From IMG/VR virus record IMGVR_UViG_3300029258_001507, positions 801 to 64,800 of that record: a stretch of 64,000 bases of DNA. One strand, written 5' to 3'. How positions within the stretch are numbered: the first letter of the stretch is position 1; every line of letters starts with the position of its first letter. Under the pieces are notes generated by a model. It worked only from the letters and a program-made list of their open reading frames with translations, had not been told where the DNA came from and made no database searches. This document shows positions 18,650-27,957 of the stretch, in pieces. This DNA comes from a virus (Duplodnaviria; Caudoviricetes). A program made the position numbers and the translations under genes.

Positions 18650-19414
18650 TCAATCCTTCATACTTGCCAAGTACTCGGCAGTCGACAGCCACCGTCGGCC
18701 ATTCCGTATGGAACGGGCCTTGAGCGTTACACCCTCGGGGATCGTCGTCAACGATCTGAGGTCCAGGTAGCTATCGGCCGTGAGCGTTACACCCTCGGAG
18801 ATCGTCGTCAACGATCTGAGGTCCAGGTAGCTATCGGTCTTGAGCGTTACACCCCCGGGGATCGTCGTCAACGATCCGAGGTCCAGGTAGCTATCGGCCG
18901 TGAGCGTTACACCCCCGGAGATCGTCGTCAACGATCCGAGGTTCAGGTAGCTATCGGTCTTGAGCGTTACACCCTCGGGGATCGTCGTCAACGATCTGAG
19001 GTCCAGGTAGCCATCAGCATTGAGCGTTACACCCTCCGGTAAAGTAGTCAACGATCCGAGGTTCAGGTCGCCATCGACTTCGAGCGTATTGCCGTCGAAG
19101 TGCCGCATCGCGGCGCGGAACATCTGGTTCTTCACGCGCGGCGTCATCCAGTCCTCCCACCAGTTCGGCCGTCCCGCGTCGAACTGGAACTCCCAGCCCG
19201 CTTCGTCCATCAGGCTCCTCACCGGCTTGTACTCCACCGGCGTCTGATACCGCCCCATTCCGTCGGTATCCCGGGTTTGCAAGCCATACTCCTCCCGGAT
19301 CGCGTGGTGCGAATCGGTCTCGTTCGACAGGTACACCGCGACGTCCCGGGTCGTGCTGTTGTAGGCACACACCGCAGATTTGAAATAACACATGGTCTTC
19401 TCCTTGGGGTTCAC
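18650..19414 (-). CDS. LRR-like repeat protein (20-aa units YLDLRSLTTIPEGVTL)
   Basis: Six 60-bp tandem units at about 18720-19075; MC.FKS N-terminus at 19393. Confidence 0.8.
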   Translation of the reverse strand: MNPKEKTMCYFKSAVCAYNSTTRDVAVYLSNETDSHHAIREEYGLQTRDTDGMGRYQTPVEYKPVRSLMDEAGWEFQFDAGRPNWWEDWMTPRVKNQMFRAAMRHFDGNTLEVDGDLNLGSLTTLPEGVTLNADGYLDLRSLTTIPEGVTLKTDSYLNLGSLTTISGGVTLTADSYLDLGSLTTIPGGVTLKTDSYLDLRSLTTISEGVTLTADSYLDLRSLTTIPEGVTLKARSIRNGRRWLSTAEYLASMKD

Positions 19415-19547
19415 GCCTCATCGGCAAAATTCCATTCGCACAGTTCCGCCTCCGGCAGCAGAATCTCCCCGGTGCGTAACGTCGCGCCAACCAAGAACGC
19501 CTGCCGTATGCGATCCGGCAATCCGTGTCCGGTTTCGTCCAACGCGC

Positions 19548-19579
19548 GTTTCAATCCACGCCCGCACGCGGCGGGCGAC
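19548..19579 (-). CRISPR. Solitary type I-C-like CRISPR repeat
   Basis: GTCGCCCGCCGCGTGCGGGCGTGGATTGAAAC: 32 nt, GTCGC start, internal hairpin, ATTGAAAC end; no second intact copy seen. Confidence 0.85.
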
Positions 19580-19620
19580 CTCTCTTCCTCTTGCCATAGT
19601 GCGTAAGCACCTCCAAAAAA

Positions 19621-19693
19621 GCCGCTTCCCGGAGTCGAGCCGGGCTGCACGGCTAGGATGCAACATCCCCGCACAGGTAACCCTACAAGCGGC
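19621..19693 (-). ncRNA. tRNA-like structure, non-canonical
   Basis: 7-bp acceptor GCCGCTT/AAGCGGC; T-arm CCCGG-CTCGACT-CCGGG; two internal hairpins; no canonical anticodon loop or CCA; followed by T6. Confidence 0.6.
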
Positions 19694-19758
19694 ATGATCT
19701 CTCCTTTCGTTTTCGCATTGCGATTCAGAAAGCAGAACTCCTCGTCCCTCGCCATCTT

Positions 19759-20202
19759 TCAAAACGGAATATCCTCTCCTCCCTCGCCTGCCCGTTGCGG
19801 TTGCGGCCCGAACCCGTCCGGGTCGGTCCCCGGCGAGGCGGCCGGTCGCTGCTGCGGTCCCGCATGGCCGCCCCCCTTGCTGCCGAGCATCTGCATCCGT
19901 TCGCCGATCACCTTCAGTTTCGACCGCTTCTGGCCGTCCTTCTCCCAGGTGTCGAGCTTCAGCCGCCCCTCGATCAGGACCTGCGAGCCCTTCTTGAGGT
20001 ATTCACACGCCACCTCTGCCGTGCGGGCCCAGACAGTCACGTCGACGAAGACGGTCTCTTCGACGTATTCGCCCTTGGCGTTCTTCCGCTTGTCGTTGAT
20101 CGCCAGCCCCAGGTCGCACACCGCCGTCCCCGACGGGATGTACTTCAGTTCCGGGTCCCGCGTGAGATTGCCGACCAGGATTACCGCGTTGTAACCTGCC
20201 AT
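19759..20202 (-). CDS. ssb: Single-stranded DNA-binding protein
   Basis: [29 protein letters not shown]-terminal EDIPF. Confidence 0.97.
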   Translation of the reverse strand: MAGYNAVILVGNLTRDPELKYIPSGTAVCDLGLAINDKRKNAKGEYVEETVFVDVTVWARTAEVACEYLKKGSQVLIEGRLKLDTWEKDGQKRSKLKVIGERMQMLGSKGGGHAGPQQRPAASPGTDPDGFGPQPQRAGEGGEDIPF

Positions 20203-20210
20203 TTGTTTCC

Positions 20211-20540
20211 TTACTGTTTACGCCCCACTGCATTGGACACCCGCCAATCAATGCCGAGTACATCCCACGGCAGTGGTTGCCAGCCGACGACCATCGTGTT
20301 GCCGGTCAACGACGGCTCGTCTGGCACTAACATGCAGAAATGATCCATGCTTGTGAGCGTGGTGACGCCGAGATTGCGTAAGGGACCGTCCACGTGGTCG
20401 ATGGTCCGCCCTTCGCGAAGGAATACGATCTTCCGACCACACCAGACCTCGCGTTCCACGCACAACCCTTCTTGCATCTTCTCCGTGGCCCACCCGAAAT
20501 CATGCTGCCGGTTGTCCGGCTTGTTTTTTTCCTCACTCAT
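20211..20540 (-). CDS. DUF2829-like protein
   Basis: DFGWA...M..G..V.R..W, GWQP...DVL..DW. Confidence 0.7.
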   Translation of the reverse strand: MSEEKNKPDNRQHDFGWATEKMQEGLCVEREVWCGRKIVFLREGRTIDHVDGPLRNLGVTTLTSMDHFCMLVPDEPSLTGNTMVVGWQPLPWDVLGIDWRVSNAVGRKQ

Positions 20541-20567
20541 AGCTTCGTGTCCTTCGTGGTTCTAGAA

Positions 20568-21362
20568 TCATTGTTTGGGTCGCGTGAATTGCCTCATAGA
20601 GGAGCAACGCCCTAGCCGAAGCCGGATCTCACAACACCCGCCATCTGCCTCCTTGATAGAGTCGATGTCCGCCCACTTGGGTGCCGTGATTTCGATGACC
20701 GCCTCCTCCTCGGACAGTATCCGTCTCCACGCCTCGGCATCGACGTATTGCAACGCCTCGCCACTTTGCCACTGGGCGGCTAGGATAACCTCCGGCGTCT
20801 GTCGCGACGAATCAACGAATTGCAGCGCCTCGCCATATTGCTGCACGGCGGCTAGAATAACCTCAGGCGTCCGTCGCGACGAATCAACGAATTGCAACGC
20901 GTAGCCGTTTTGCCGCACGGCGGCTAGGATAACCTCAGGCGTCCGTCGCGACGAATCGACGTGTCGCAGCGCGGAGCCATTTCGCTGCACGGCGGCTAGA
21001 ATAACCTCAGGCGTCCGTCGCGACGAATCGACGTATTGCAGCGCGTGGCCAGTTTGCTGCACGGCGGCTAGGATAACCTCAGGCGTCCGTCGCGACGAAT
21101 CAACGTATTGCAGCGCCTCGCCAGTTTGCTGCACGGCGGCTAAGATAACCTCAGGCGTCTGTTGCGACGAATCAACGAACTGCAGCGCCTCTCCATCTTG
21201 CTGCACGGCGGCTAAGATAACCTCAGGCGTCCGTCGCGACGAATCAACGAACCGCAGCGCGTAGCCATGTTTCCGCACGGCGACTAATGCTTCGGCGCTC
21301 TGGAGATCCCGTTTCTTATCCAGCCTTTTCCATAACTCGTGTAGTTCCTTCAGCCTTTCCAT
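20568..21362 (-). CDS. DUF4116-like 25-aa repeat protein
   Basis: About 7 units of TPEVILAAVQQ.G.ALQ(F/Y)VDSSRR (75-bp tandem repeats). Confidence 0.85.
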   Translation of the reverse strand: MERLKELHELWKRLDKKRDLQSAEALVAVRKHGYALRFVDSSRRTPEVILAAVQQDGEALQFVDSSQQTPEVILAAVQQTGEALQYVDSSRRTPEVILAAVQQTGHALQYVDSSRRTPEVILAAVQRNGSALRHVDSSRRTPEVILAAVRQNGYALQFVDSSRRTPEVILAAVQQYGEALQFVDSSRQTPEVILAAQWQSGEALQYVDAEAWRRILSEEEAVIEITAPKWADIDSIKEADGGCCEIRLRLGRCSSMRQFTRPKQ

Positions 21363-21452
21363 GGTTTGTTTCCTTGTCGTGTTTTTGCCTTTTTACCGTT
21401 AACGACCAGGTGCGTTTATGCGCTGACGCACCCCAGCGTTCCAGCAGTGACC

Positions 21453-22322
21453 TTAAAATAACATCCTCTCTGTGTCTTGGCTCCTGACCGCTGATTCCAA
21501 ATTCCTTCTAGCCGCCGCGATGTATTCGTCCTTGATCTCGCAACCGAAGAATCGACGCCCAAGACGAATAGCCTCGTATCCTTCACTTCCGATTCCAGCA
21601 AACGGAGAAAACACAATCTCCTCAGGATTAGTGTATAGCTTGATTAAACGCCTGATAACACCAAGTTGCAATGGGCAAATGTGCTTCGTATCATCGTCGC
21701 CACGACCCTCCTTCACATTAAGCGTGTCCGTTTCTCGGATGTCGTCCCAGCATGCCTCCGCCCATTGAATCCAGTCATTGCGCGACACGTCACCCTTGGA
21801 GACTACCGGCGTTGCATTATCACCTGCTGCCCGGAATTTCAGCAAGTAATCCGGCAACGCGCCTCGGCACTTCGCGCGATCACGCTCAAGCCCCTGGAAC
21901 TGTAATTCAGTACTGCGTGTCCTAATAGCCTGAGCTTGCGGCCCCTTCCTGACCATCCAATCGTACTCGAATACCAGCCCCGCACGTTCACCCAATCGGA
22001 TGTTCAACCCACGGAAGTCAAACAGCCCGACTCCTCCGCTGCGTTTCATCCTTGGTATCTGGGCGACATGCACCATCACCACACGGCCAGGCTTTAGCAC
22101 TCGTGCAAATTGATGATAAAAGAACGACAAATGTATTTTGGCCTCACCCCTCAAATCCTCACTGTTACCGATGTCCTCGGCGAATGACGTATAGGCATAC
22201 AAGCTCGGGAAGGGGGGCGAAAATACCGAAAAATCAATTGATCGGTCCGGCATGGTGGCCATGTGTTCCACGCAATCGCCATGATGGATATCCCATCGCT
22301 TGCCGTCTAGTATATCGCTCAT
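21453..22322 (-). CDS. DNA N4/N6 methyltransferase (beta class)
   Basis: GDC, FSPPF, HICPLQ, SPFAGIGS, G.EIK..Y. Confidence 0.9.
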   Translation of the reverse strand: MSDILDGKRWDIHHGDCVEHMATMPDRSIDFSVFSPPFPSLYAYTSFAEDIGNSEDLRGEAKIHLSFFYHQFARVLKPGRVVMVHVAQIPRMKRSGGVGLFDFRGLNIRLGERAGLVFEYDWMVRKGPQAQAIRTRSTELQFQGLERDRAKCRGALPDYLLKFRAAGDNATPVVSKGDVSRNDWIQWAEACWDDIRETDTLNVKEGRGDDDTKHICPLQLGVIRRLIKLYTNPEEIVFSPFAGIGSEGYEAIRLGRRFFGCEIKDEYIAAARRNLESAVRSQDTERMLF

Positions 22323-23797
22323 TGCATAGCCTTTCGGAATACTCGTTCCTGTTCTTCTGTGTCCAGCTGGACACGGCCCGCCTTTTGGATAACCGTTTCC
22401 ACCATGGGCATCTCAATATCGGTCACAGGAATATGGACGTTCAATGGATACCGTGACCCGAATCGATTCGACCGTTTCACAGCTTGATAATAGCTCTCGT
22501 AACTATCCACCAGCCCGCTGAATATCTGGCGGGTTGCTATTTGTAGATTCAACCCGAAACCGAGAATCTTCGGCTTGCTTATCAATGTCTTCACCCTGCC
22601 AGCCTTGAAGTCGTCGATCATCCGAACCCTATCCGCGTGCGGCGTGCTCCCGTACATGCTCACCGCTTCCGGTATGGCCTCTGACACGATGTCCTGTTCC
22701 GCGTTGTACAGGCACCATATTATGGTCGATTCATCAGGCCATTGTTCAACTAATCCCCTGATATACGCTGTCTTGTTCGTCGGAATTCGCTTCCCTTTGT
22801 AGCAGCCTTTTCCTATCGAACTCATCGCGGCTCGGTTGGTAATCCCGCCAGGTCGATGTGCGAATAACTCGCCATTCTTCCTGTGCGTTAACTCGATTTG
22901 TTCCGGCGTCATCTCAACATCATGGACATGGACGTTTATCGGTGGCAACTCCTCCGTATTGTCCGTCCATCCATAAGTGGCTGGATTATTGAGAAAGATT
23001 GACCAATGTGACAACGCACGATAGAAGGCTCCAAGAGAATGCTGTTTCAACACCCACCGCTCTTGCGTCTGCCCGCGATTCACAAAGAATCGGGCAAGGA
23101 AACTATTAACTGTTGGGTAAGCGTCCATGAACACCGCATGGTTGCCGTACTCGATTCGGTCGTTCGGTGCCGGCGTGCCAGTACACGCCAGTTTCCAGTC
23201 AAGCCCTCGTCCTAATCGTATGCACTCCGTGCCGAATTTACCGTAGTGGGATTTCAGCAGGGATGATTCATCCAAGATCAAGCACCCAAGCTTGCCTTGG
23301 GGAACGTCTGTTTTCAATGCCTCGTAGTTTGTTATTCCAAACCTGCCATCTCCGCTAGTCAACCATTCTGAAAGGTCGCGTGATGCTATCTTGTCCAATG
23401 GCAATTCCTCACCAAAGAATCGCTCGCACTCGGCCGCAGTTTGGTCAACCACCATGAGGGGAGAAATAATCAGGGCCTTTTTCTTCGCGTCCATCACATC
23501 CAGGACGTTCCTCGCGTAGTCAAGAAACATGAGCGTCTTGCCAAGCCCACAATCGGCAAAGATGCAGAACTTCCGCTTATTAAGTGCCATCCGGACAATC
23601 CCGTCTTGATAATCAAACGCATCGGGATGCGTCCGCCATTCATGATCCGTGTCGTCCGCACATGACATCCCAACCCGTGATGCGTATTCGTCCGGAAAGC
23701 TCGCAATACGCCCATTGATTGCATACGAGGGTAATTCCTTCACCGCCAGGAATTGTCGATAGGACTCGATATCACGTGCGTCGAGGTATATCTTCAT
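22319..23797 (-). CDS. SNF2/DEAD-like helicase
   Basis: ADCGLGKT, ILDES, TGTP.PN, GFGLNLQ, QA..R..RFG. Confidence 0.9.
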   Translation of the reverse strand: MKIYLDARDIESYRQFLAVKELPSYAINGRIASFPDEYASRVGMSCADDTDHEWRTHPDAFDYQDGIVRMALNKRKFCIFADCGLGKTLMFLDYARNVLDVMDAKKKALIISPLMVVDQTAAECERFFGEELPLDKIASRDLSEWLTSGDGRFGITNYEALKTDVPQGKLGCLILDESSLLKSHYGKFGTECIRLGRGLDWKLACTGTPAPNDRIEYGNHAVFMDAYPTVNSFLARFFVNRGQTQERWVLKQHSLGAFYRALSHWSIFLNNPATYGWTDNTEELPPINVHVHDVEMTPEQIELTHRKNGELFAHRPGGITNRAAMSSIGKGCYKGKRIPTNKTAYIRGLVEQWPDESTIIWCLYNAEQDIVSEAIPEAVSMYGSTPHADRVRMIDDFKAGRVKTLISKPKILGFGLNLQIATRQIFSGLVDSYESYYQAVKRSNRFGSRYPLNVHIPVTDIEMPMVETVIQKAGRVQLDTEEQERVFRKAMQ

Positions 23798-24216
23798 TGC
23801 TCAAGCCATCCATTTCCAAGCGGCTGTCCGTTAACTTTGGGCATCGCAATCTTCAATTCGACCATGAGCCGCTCCGCTGTACTCAGCATCGGTAGAGGCC
23901 CGCCATTGACAAGGGCATACAGTGCATGCACGTCAACACCACCATCCCTCGCTATCGCTGGCAGGCTGCGCATATCGCACAGCAGCTCTTGTGCCAATCG
24001 ATCCGGCAGCTCGCCAGCACCTAGCTCGCCATGCAGGCGGACCCCAACTGCATTCGCTAACCGCTGGGCTGTCTTCAACAGCATGTCGCGATTGCCTTCC
24101 CTCGCATTCCTAACCACATCACGCGATACGCCAGCATCTCGTGCCAACTGGCACGTTGACCTGGTGTCCGCATTTGCCGCCTTCGACAGGAATCTCCGTA
24201 GTGTTTTCCCTATCAT
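23794..24216 (-). CDS. Tandem HTH DNA-binding protein
   Basis: Two (L/I)ARD.GV HTH-like motifs, each followed by TA.RL. Confidence 0.6.
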   Translation of the reverse strand: MIGKTLRRFLSKAANADTRSTCQLARDAGVSRDVVRNAREGNRDMLLKTAQRLANAVGVRLHGELGAGELPDRLAQELLCDMRSLPAIARDGGVDVHALYALVNGGPLPMLSTAERLMVELKIAMPKVNGQPLGNGWLEQ

Positions 24217-24683
24217 TTGCTTTTCCCTTGTAGGTCCCGTAGTGCGTTTTGCTCTTCCAGATACCGCAACGTTTCCGTTAACGATATGCCACGAAATACA
24301 TCGCAGGTTATTCGCTTAGCTGGCAGTGCTAACATGTGCCGCCACGTCCTCGGCAGCCGAATCGCAATCAATTCCTCCGCTCTCGCCTCCACACAAGCCG
24401 ACATCTCAGGAAGTTCGAGCATCCGGACCACAACGCCATCTTCACTGTAAACCTCGGCACCAGGGAAACGCCCCAACCGCCGCAAGACGACCAGGACTTT
24501 GGAAAACTGTCCACGTTTCAGCAGGGTCTTCGGATGAGGCCACATCGCCTGACACGCTTCGCACTTCGCCAGCATCACGTCTTCCAGGGCTTCCCGCGTC
24601 AACGCAGCCAGTAAGGAGCGCCCTTCAGTCGAGCCATTCAACCAGGCCCGAACCGCTGCCTGTGTCCGTGGTAAATAGTCCAT
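24213..24683 (-). CDS. Hypothetical protein
   Basis: 156-aa ORF coupled to the downstream gene. Confidence 0.55.
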   Translation of the reverse strand: MDYLPRTQAAVRAWLNGSTEGRSLLAALTREALEDVMLAKCEACQAMWPHPKTLLKRGQFSKVLVVLRRLGRFPGAEVYSEDGVVVRMLELPEMSACVEARAEELIAIRLPRTWRHMLALPAKRITCDVFRGISLTETLRYLEEQNALRDLQGKSK

Positions 24684-24925
24684 CCGTGTTAGCCCACCGT
24701 CGCCTAGTATCCTTCCGCGCGCAACAACCCCCTAGAGATACTGTCTTGGCAGCAAGCGGCATGCTCTTTGGGGTAGCCATTTCCGCCTAACAAGGCGCCG
24801 GAATCGAGCCAGCACTATAACGAGTGCCAGGCAACTCAACGCGTACATCCGGCTTGCTGTTGCACCGTCGAATTATTCGCCATCAGGGGCTGTAAGGCGT
24901 CTCGACGGGGGACACCCGGACGCAC

Positions 24926-25198
24926 CTATCCACCGCACATCCGTGCGTGATACTGGCGGTCCCTCTTCATGTCTGCAATGGTCTTCTCTGGTTGTGTCCG
25001 CGCTTTGCGATTCTCCTGCTGCTCTTTCGTCGCCTTCCGCGCACGTCGGCGTTTTCTCGGCTTGCCGGGATGCTTGTCCTTGTGAACATCCCCGCCGCAT
25101 ACAGGGCAGTCGTCCTCTTCTGACAGGTTTTCCCGCCGGTGGACTTTGCGCAGGCAATCATAGCAGTAGCAATATGGCCCTTTTTCACCTCTGCTCAT
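24926..25198 (-). CDS. Zn-ribbon hypothetical protein
   Basis: CxxC...CPVCGG. Confidence 0.5.
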   Translation of the reverse strand: MSRGEKGPYCYCYDCLRKVHRRENLSEEDDCPVCGGDVHKDKHPGKPRKRRRARKATKEQQENRKARTQPEKTIADMKRDRQYHARMCGG

Positions 25199-25222
25199 TG
25201 CATGAGTCCTTTTGTCTTGCCG

Positions 25223-25570
25223 CTATTCGGAATCGTCCTTATGCACACCTCGCTCGCTCAACTCATTCACATCCAATGCATGCGTGCCGTCGTCCCAGTG
25301 GATGTCAAAGTGTGTCCGGAATGCATAGCAAATCCCCCGCTTCGTGGCCATGTCGGCAGTTCTCGCGTTCCGCACTTGGAATCTCGTATGCGGCGGGTTG
25401 TCGAGCGGCTCCCACTCCTCTTGGGAATGTCGGCCGGCCACATCCTGCAGTAGCATCAGGATGCTACATGCCAATGTCTCCGCATGCCTCAGGCACACAT
25501 GCCCTGGCGCGTACATCCAGAGGAAGTTGTTGATTTGTAACTTCAAATGGGTCTCATTGTCCGGTTCCAT
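25223..25570 (-). CDS. Hypothetical protein
   Basis: 115-aa ORF with AAGGAG RBS. Confidence 0.55.
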   Translation of the reverse strand: MEPDNETHLKLQINNFLWMYAPGHVCLRHAETLACSILMLLQDVAGRHSQEEWEPLDNPPHTRFQVRNARTADMATKRGICYAFRTHFDIHWDDGTHALDVNELSERGVHKDDSE

Positions 25571-25579
25571 GGCTCTCCT

Positions 25580-25915
25580 TTAGTTCGTCTTCGCACTTCG
25601 CCCACGTGACTCGGCTTCGCGCGTCGAATAGCACTGATCCGCCGATATGATGTGGCCTAGGTACCGCTCCCCGTAGCCTGTTCCACGAATCCGAGTTTCT
25701 TCGACTGCCACCGCACATGTGTCGGTTATGCCGCACTGCCCGCAATAAAACACTCGCATCCCCGGCACAATCGGCACCCCGTCGGCTGTCTCCGGTAACT
25801 TGTCGACGATATTCCGCAGCTGGCGATAGCTCCGGCACAGAGTAATCATGGCAATGTCGCAGTTGCGAGCCGCGTCTTCCGCAATCACGTCTACTACATC
25901 GTCGCGTATCATCAC
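25580..25915 (-). CDS. Hypothetical phage protein (LPETADGVPI.PG family)
   Basis: Paralogous motifs shared with 15013-15366. Confidence 0.6.
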   Translation of the reverse strand: MMIRDDVVDVIAEDAARNCDIAMITLCRSYRQLRNIVDKLPETADGVPIVPGMRVFYCGQCGITDTCAVAVEETRIRGTGYGERYLGHIISADQCYSTREAESRGRSAKTN

Positions 25916-26317
25916 TCATGCTCCATTTAGGTCTTTGTCAGTGAGTACCTACTGGCCTGCTATGCGTCCAAGTGGTCTTGCAATCGGTCTATGACACGAC
26001 GAATGAATAGGGATCTCGCGTCGTCGCCGAAGTTGTCATCGCAACATAACACATTGTCGGCCGTTGTCCACGGCGTTCGATTAACTCGCACGGGTCGGCG
26101 AAATAGTGGTAGTTCATGGTTCCCATATTTTCCCAAGGAAACTGTGGCTAAGCATAAGAAAAACCCCCGCGACCGCGATGAGAGACTCGCCAAAGCCAGA
26201 GGCGCGGTGTTGGGGGCTGAAGTTGCTTTGATAGGCGAATCTCATTTCAGAAATCTACTCCCATCACGAATCAATGTCAATACCAATACAGATATTCCGT
26301 CAAGATTTCTACGATCA

Positions 26318-26665
26318 CTATCGACACGCATCGATTTGTGCCTTTGGATGCTCCTTGCAGGCGTCAATGTATTTTTCGAGCCACGGCACGAATCTTTCGT
26401 AACTGCCGAACCCATTCGGTGGGTTATGCTTCTCGAACCGGACCGGATCGTCTCGCATAGCTTGCAGGCCCTTGGTCAGCGGCTCGATCAACTCGCCGGC
26501 CGTCTTGATGCCCACTTCATACGGTTGCCAGATGTGTTCATAGATTCCCGCCTCTGCGGCCATGGCGGTGAGGTTGTGTGTGACGTAGGCATCGAATAAT
26601 TTCACCACGTGGGGCTTTTCCCCGCCAGTGTCGACTTCGGCTAATAGGGTAATGTCAAGACCCAT
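26318..26665 (-). CDS. Conserved phage hypothetical protein
   Basis: MGLDI.L...THNL..MA..AGIY...W, NPPNG.GSY. Confidence 0.7.
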   Translation of the reverse strand: MGLDITLLAEVDTGGEKPHVVKLFDAYVTHNLTAMAAEAGIYEHIWQPYEVGIKTAGELIEPLTKGLQAMRDDPVRFEKHNPPNGFGSYERFVPWLEKYIDACKEHPKAQIDACR

Positions 26666-26768
26666 TCATCCATCCCTTCCCATTGTTAGAATTACTGGAT
26701 TCACGACGCCATAGCCACACTTCCCCACCCATAGCCGTCGCCGCTTCCGGTGTTCGCCATTTCTAGTA

Positions 26769-27041
26769 TCAGCTTATTGGCCATTTGCCCCGCTCCGTGT
26801 CGATCACAGAAATAACCGCTCGCATCGGGGCACGCACGGTTCCGACCACGTCGAGCTCCGTCTTGGGCGTTGGCCCGTTCTGCACCAATTCACCAAGCCC
26901 CGCCGTGGTCCCCCACACGCGAATGTTTCGTGCGTCGGAAATGACACACCAATCATCATCGCATGTGGCGTTTCCAACGTACACAAATCCCCGGTCCAGA
27001 ACGACCACTGCAAATCCACTAAGTACCTGTTTGGTTTCCAT
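26769..27041 (-). CDS. Small beta-rich protein (DUF6948-like)
   Basis: VV.DRGFVYVG...IR.WGT..GLGEL...GP; AGGAG RBS. Confidence 0.65.
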   Translation of the reverse strand: METKQVLSGFAVVVLDRGFVYVGNATCDDDWCVISDARNIRVWGTTAGLGELVQNGPTPKTELDVVGTVRAPMRAVISVIDTERGKWPIS

Positions 27042-27102
27042 AGCTTTTCTCCTTGTTACATGTTACGTCTAATGTCACGTTATCGCGATCAACGCCATTG
27101 CC

Positions 27103-27420
27103 TCAGCAATGGACCAAGCAATCGCCATGGCCACTACCTCCGCCGTCGCCCCAGCCATCGCCACAGCCCATGCCATCGCCATCGCCATGGCCATCGCCAT
27201 CGCCATAGCCCCAGCCGTCGCCACTGCCATAGCTGTCGCCCCAGCCATCGCCATCTCCATGGCCATAGCCATCGCCATTGCCAATGCCGTAGCCCCTGCC
27301 CTTGCCATAGCCATCGCCATAGCACAAGCCATTTCCCAAGCCATAGCCACAGCCCCAGCCATTGCCATAGCCATTTCCATAGCCTCCCTTTAGAAACTCA
27401 GTTATCCGTGTATCGTGCAT
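27103..27420 (-). CDS. Gly-rich (GYG/GDG) repeat protein, copy 3
   Basis: GGAG RBS; same N-terminus as copy 2 (MHDTRITEFLKGGYG). Confidence 0.6.
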   Translation of the reverse strand: MHDTRITEFLKGGYGNGYGNGWGCGYGLGNGLCYGDGYGKGRGYGIGNGDGYGHGDGDGWGDSYGSGDGWGYGDGDGHGDGDGMGCGDGWGDGGGSGHGDCLVHC

Positions 27421-27434
27421 GACATGTATTGCTC

Positions 27435-27677
27435 CTACGCACCGTTATCACGGCCATAGCCCCAGCACCTGCCATCGCCATGGCCACTTCCGTAGCCATC
27501 GCCATTGCCATCGCCATCGCCATAGCCATCGCCATTGCCACTGCCATAGCCCCTGCCCTTGCCATAGCCATCGCCATAGCACAAGCCATTTCCCAAGCCA
27601 TAGCCACAGCCTCTGACATTGCCATAGCAGTCCCCATAGCCTCCCTTTAGAAACTCAGTTATCCGTGTATCGTGCAT
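27435..27677 (-). CDS. Gly-rich repeat protein, copy 2
   Basis: Tandem duplicate; ends GYGRDNGA like copy 1. Confidence 0.6.
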   Translation of the reverse strand: MHDTRITEFLKGGYGDCYGNVRGCGYGLGNGLCYGDGYGKGRGYGSGNGDGYGDGDGNGDGYGSGHGDGRCWGYGRDNGA

Positions 27678-27691
27678 GACGTGTATTGCTC

Positions 27692-27922
27692 CTAGGCACC
27701 GTTATCCCGGCCATATCCCCGGCCACAGCCGTAGCCACCACCATCGACCGTACCACACTGTTCGCCATCACCAACGCCATTGCCACCGCAATGGAAATAA
27801 TCCCATCCACAGCCCCAGCCCTCGCCAGAGCCAAGGCCCTCGCCGTAACCATCGCCAATGCCCACCCCATCGCACTCGCCATGGCCATGGCCGCAGCCAT
27901 GCAATATGCCATATTCCGTCAT
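27692..27922 (-). CDS. Gly-rich repeat protein, copy 1
   Basis: GxG periodicity; GGAGG upstream. Confidence 0.55.
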   Translation of the reverse strand: MTEYGILHGCGHGHGECDGVGIGDGYGEGLGSGEGWGCGWDYFHCGGNGVGDGEQCGTVDGGGYGCGRGYGRDNGA

Positions 27923-27957
27923 CTGCCTTGCCTCCGTAGTCGCCGCCCTGCTGCCGA

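Noticed and set aside
19411-19762. 114-aa ORFs spanning the solitary repeat and tRNA-like element
   Set aside because: No recognisable motifs; the region is better explained as structured RNA, though an AAGGAG before the ATG at 19696 means a short peptide cannot be excluded
18720-21285. 60-bp and 75-bp repeats as CRISPR arrays or DGR template/variable repeats
   Set aside because: Contiguous in-frame coding repeats without unique spacers; no reverse transcriptase in the window
25991-26599. 202-aa plus-strand ORF
   Set aside because: Antisense to the conserved 26318-26665 gene, with no motifs
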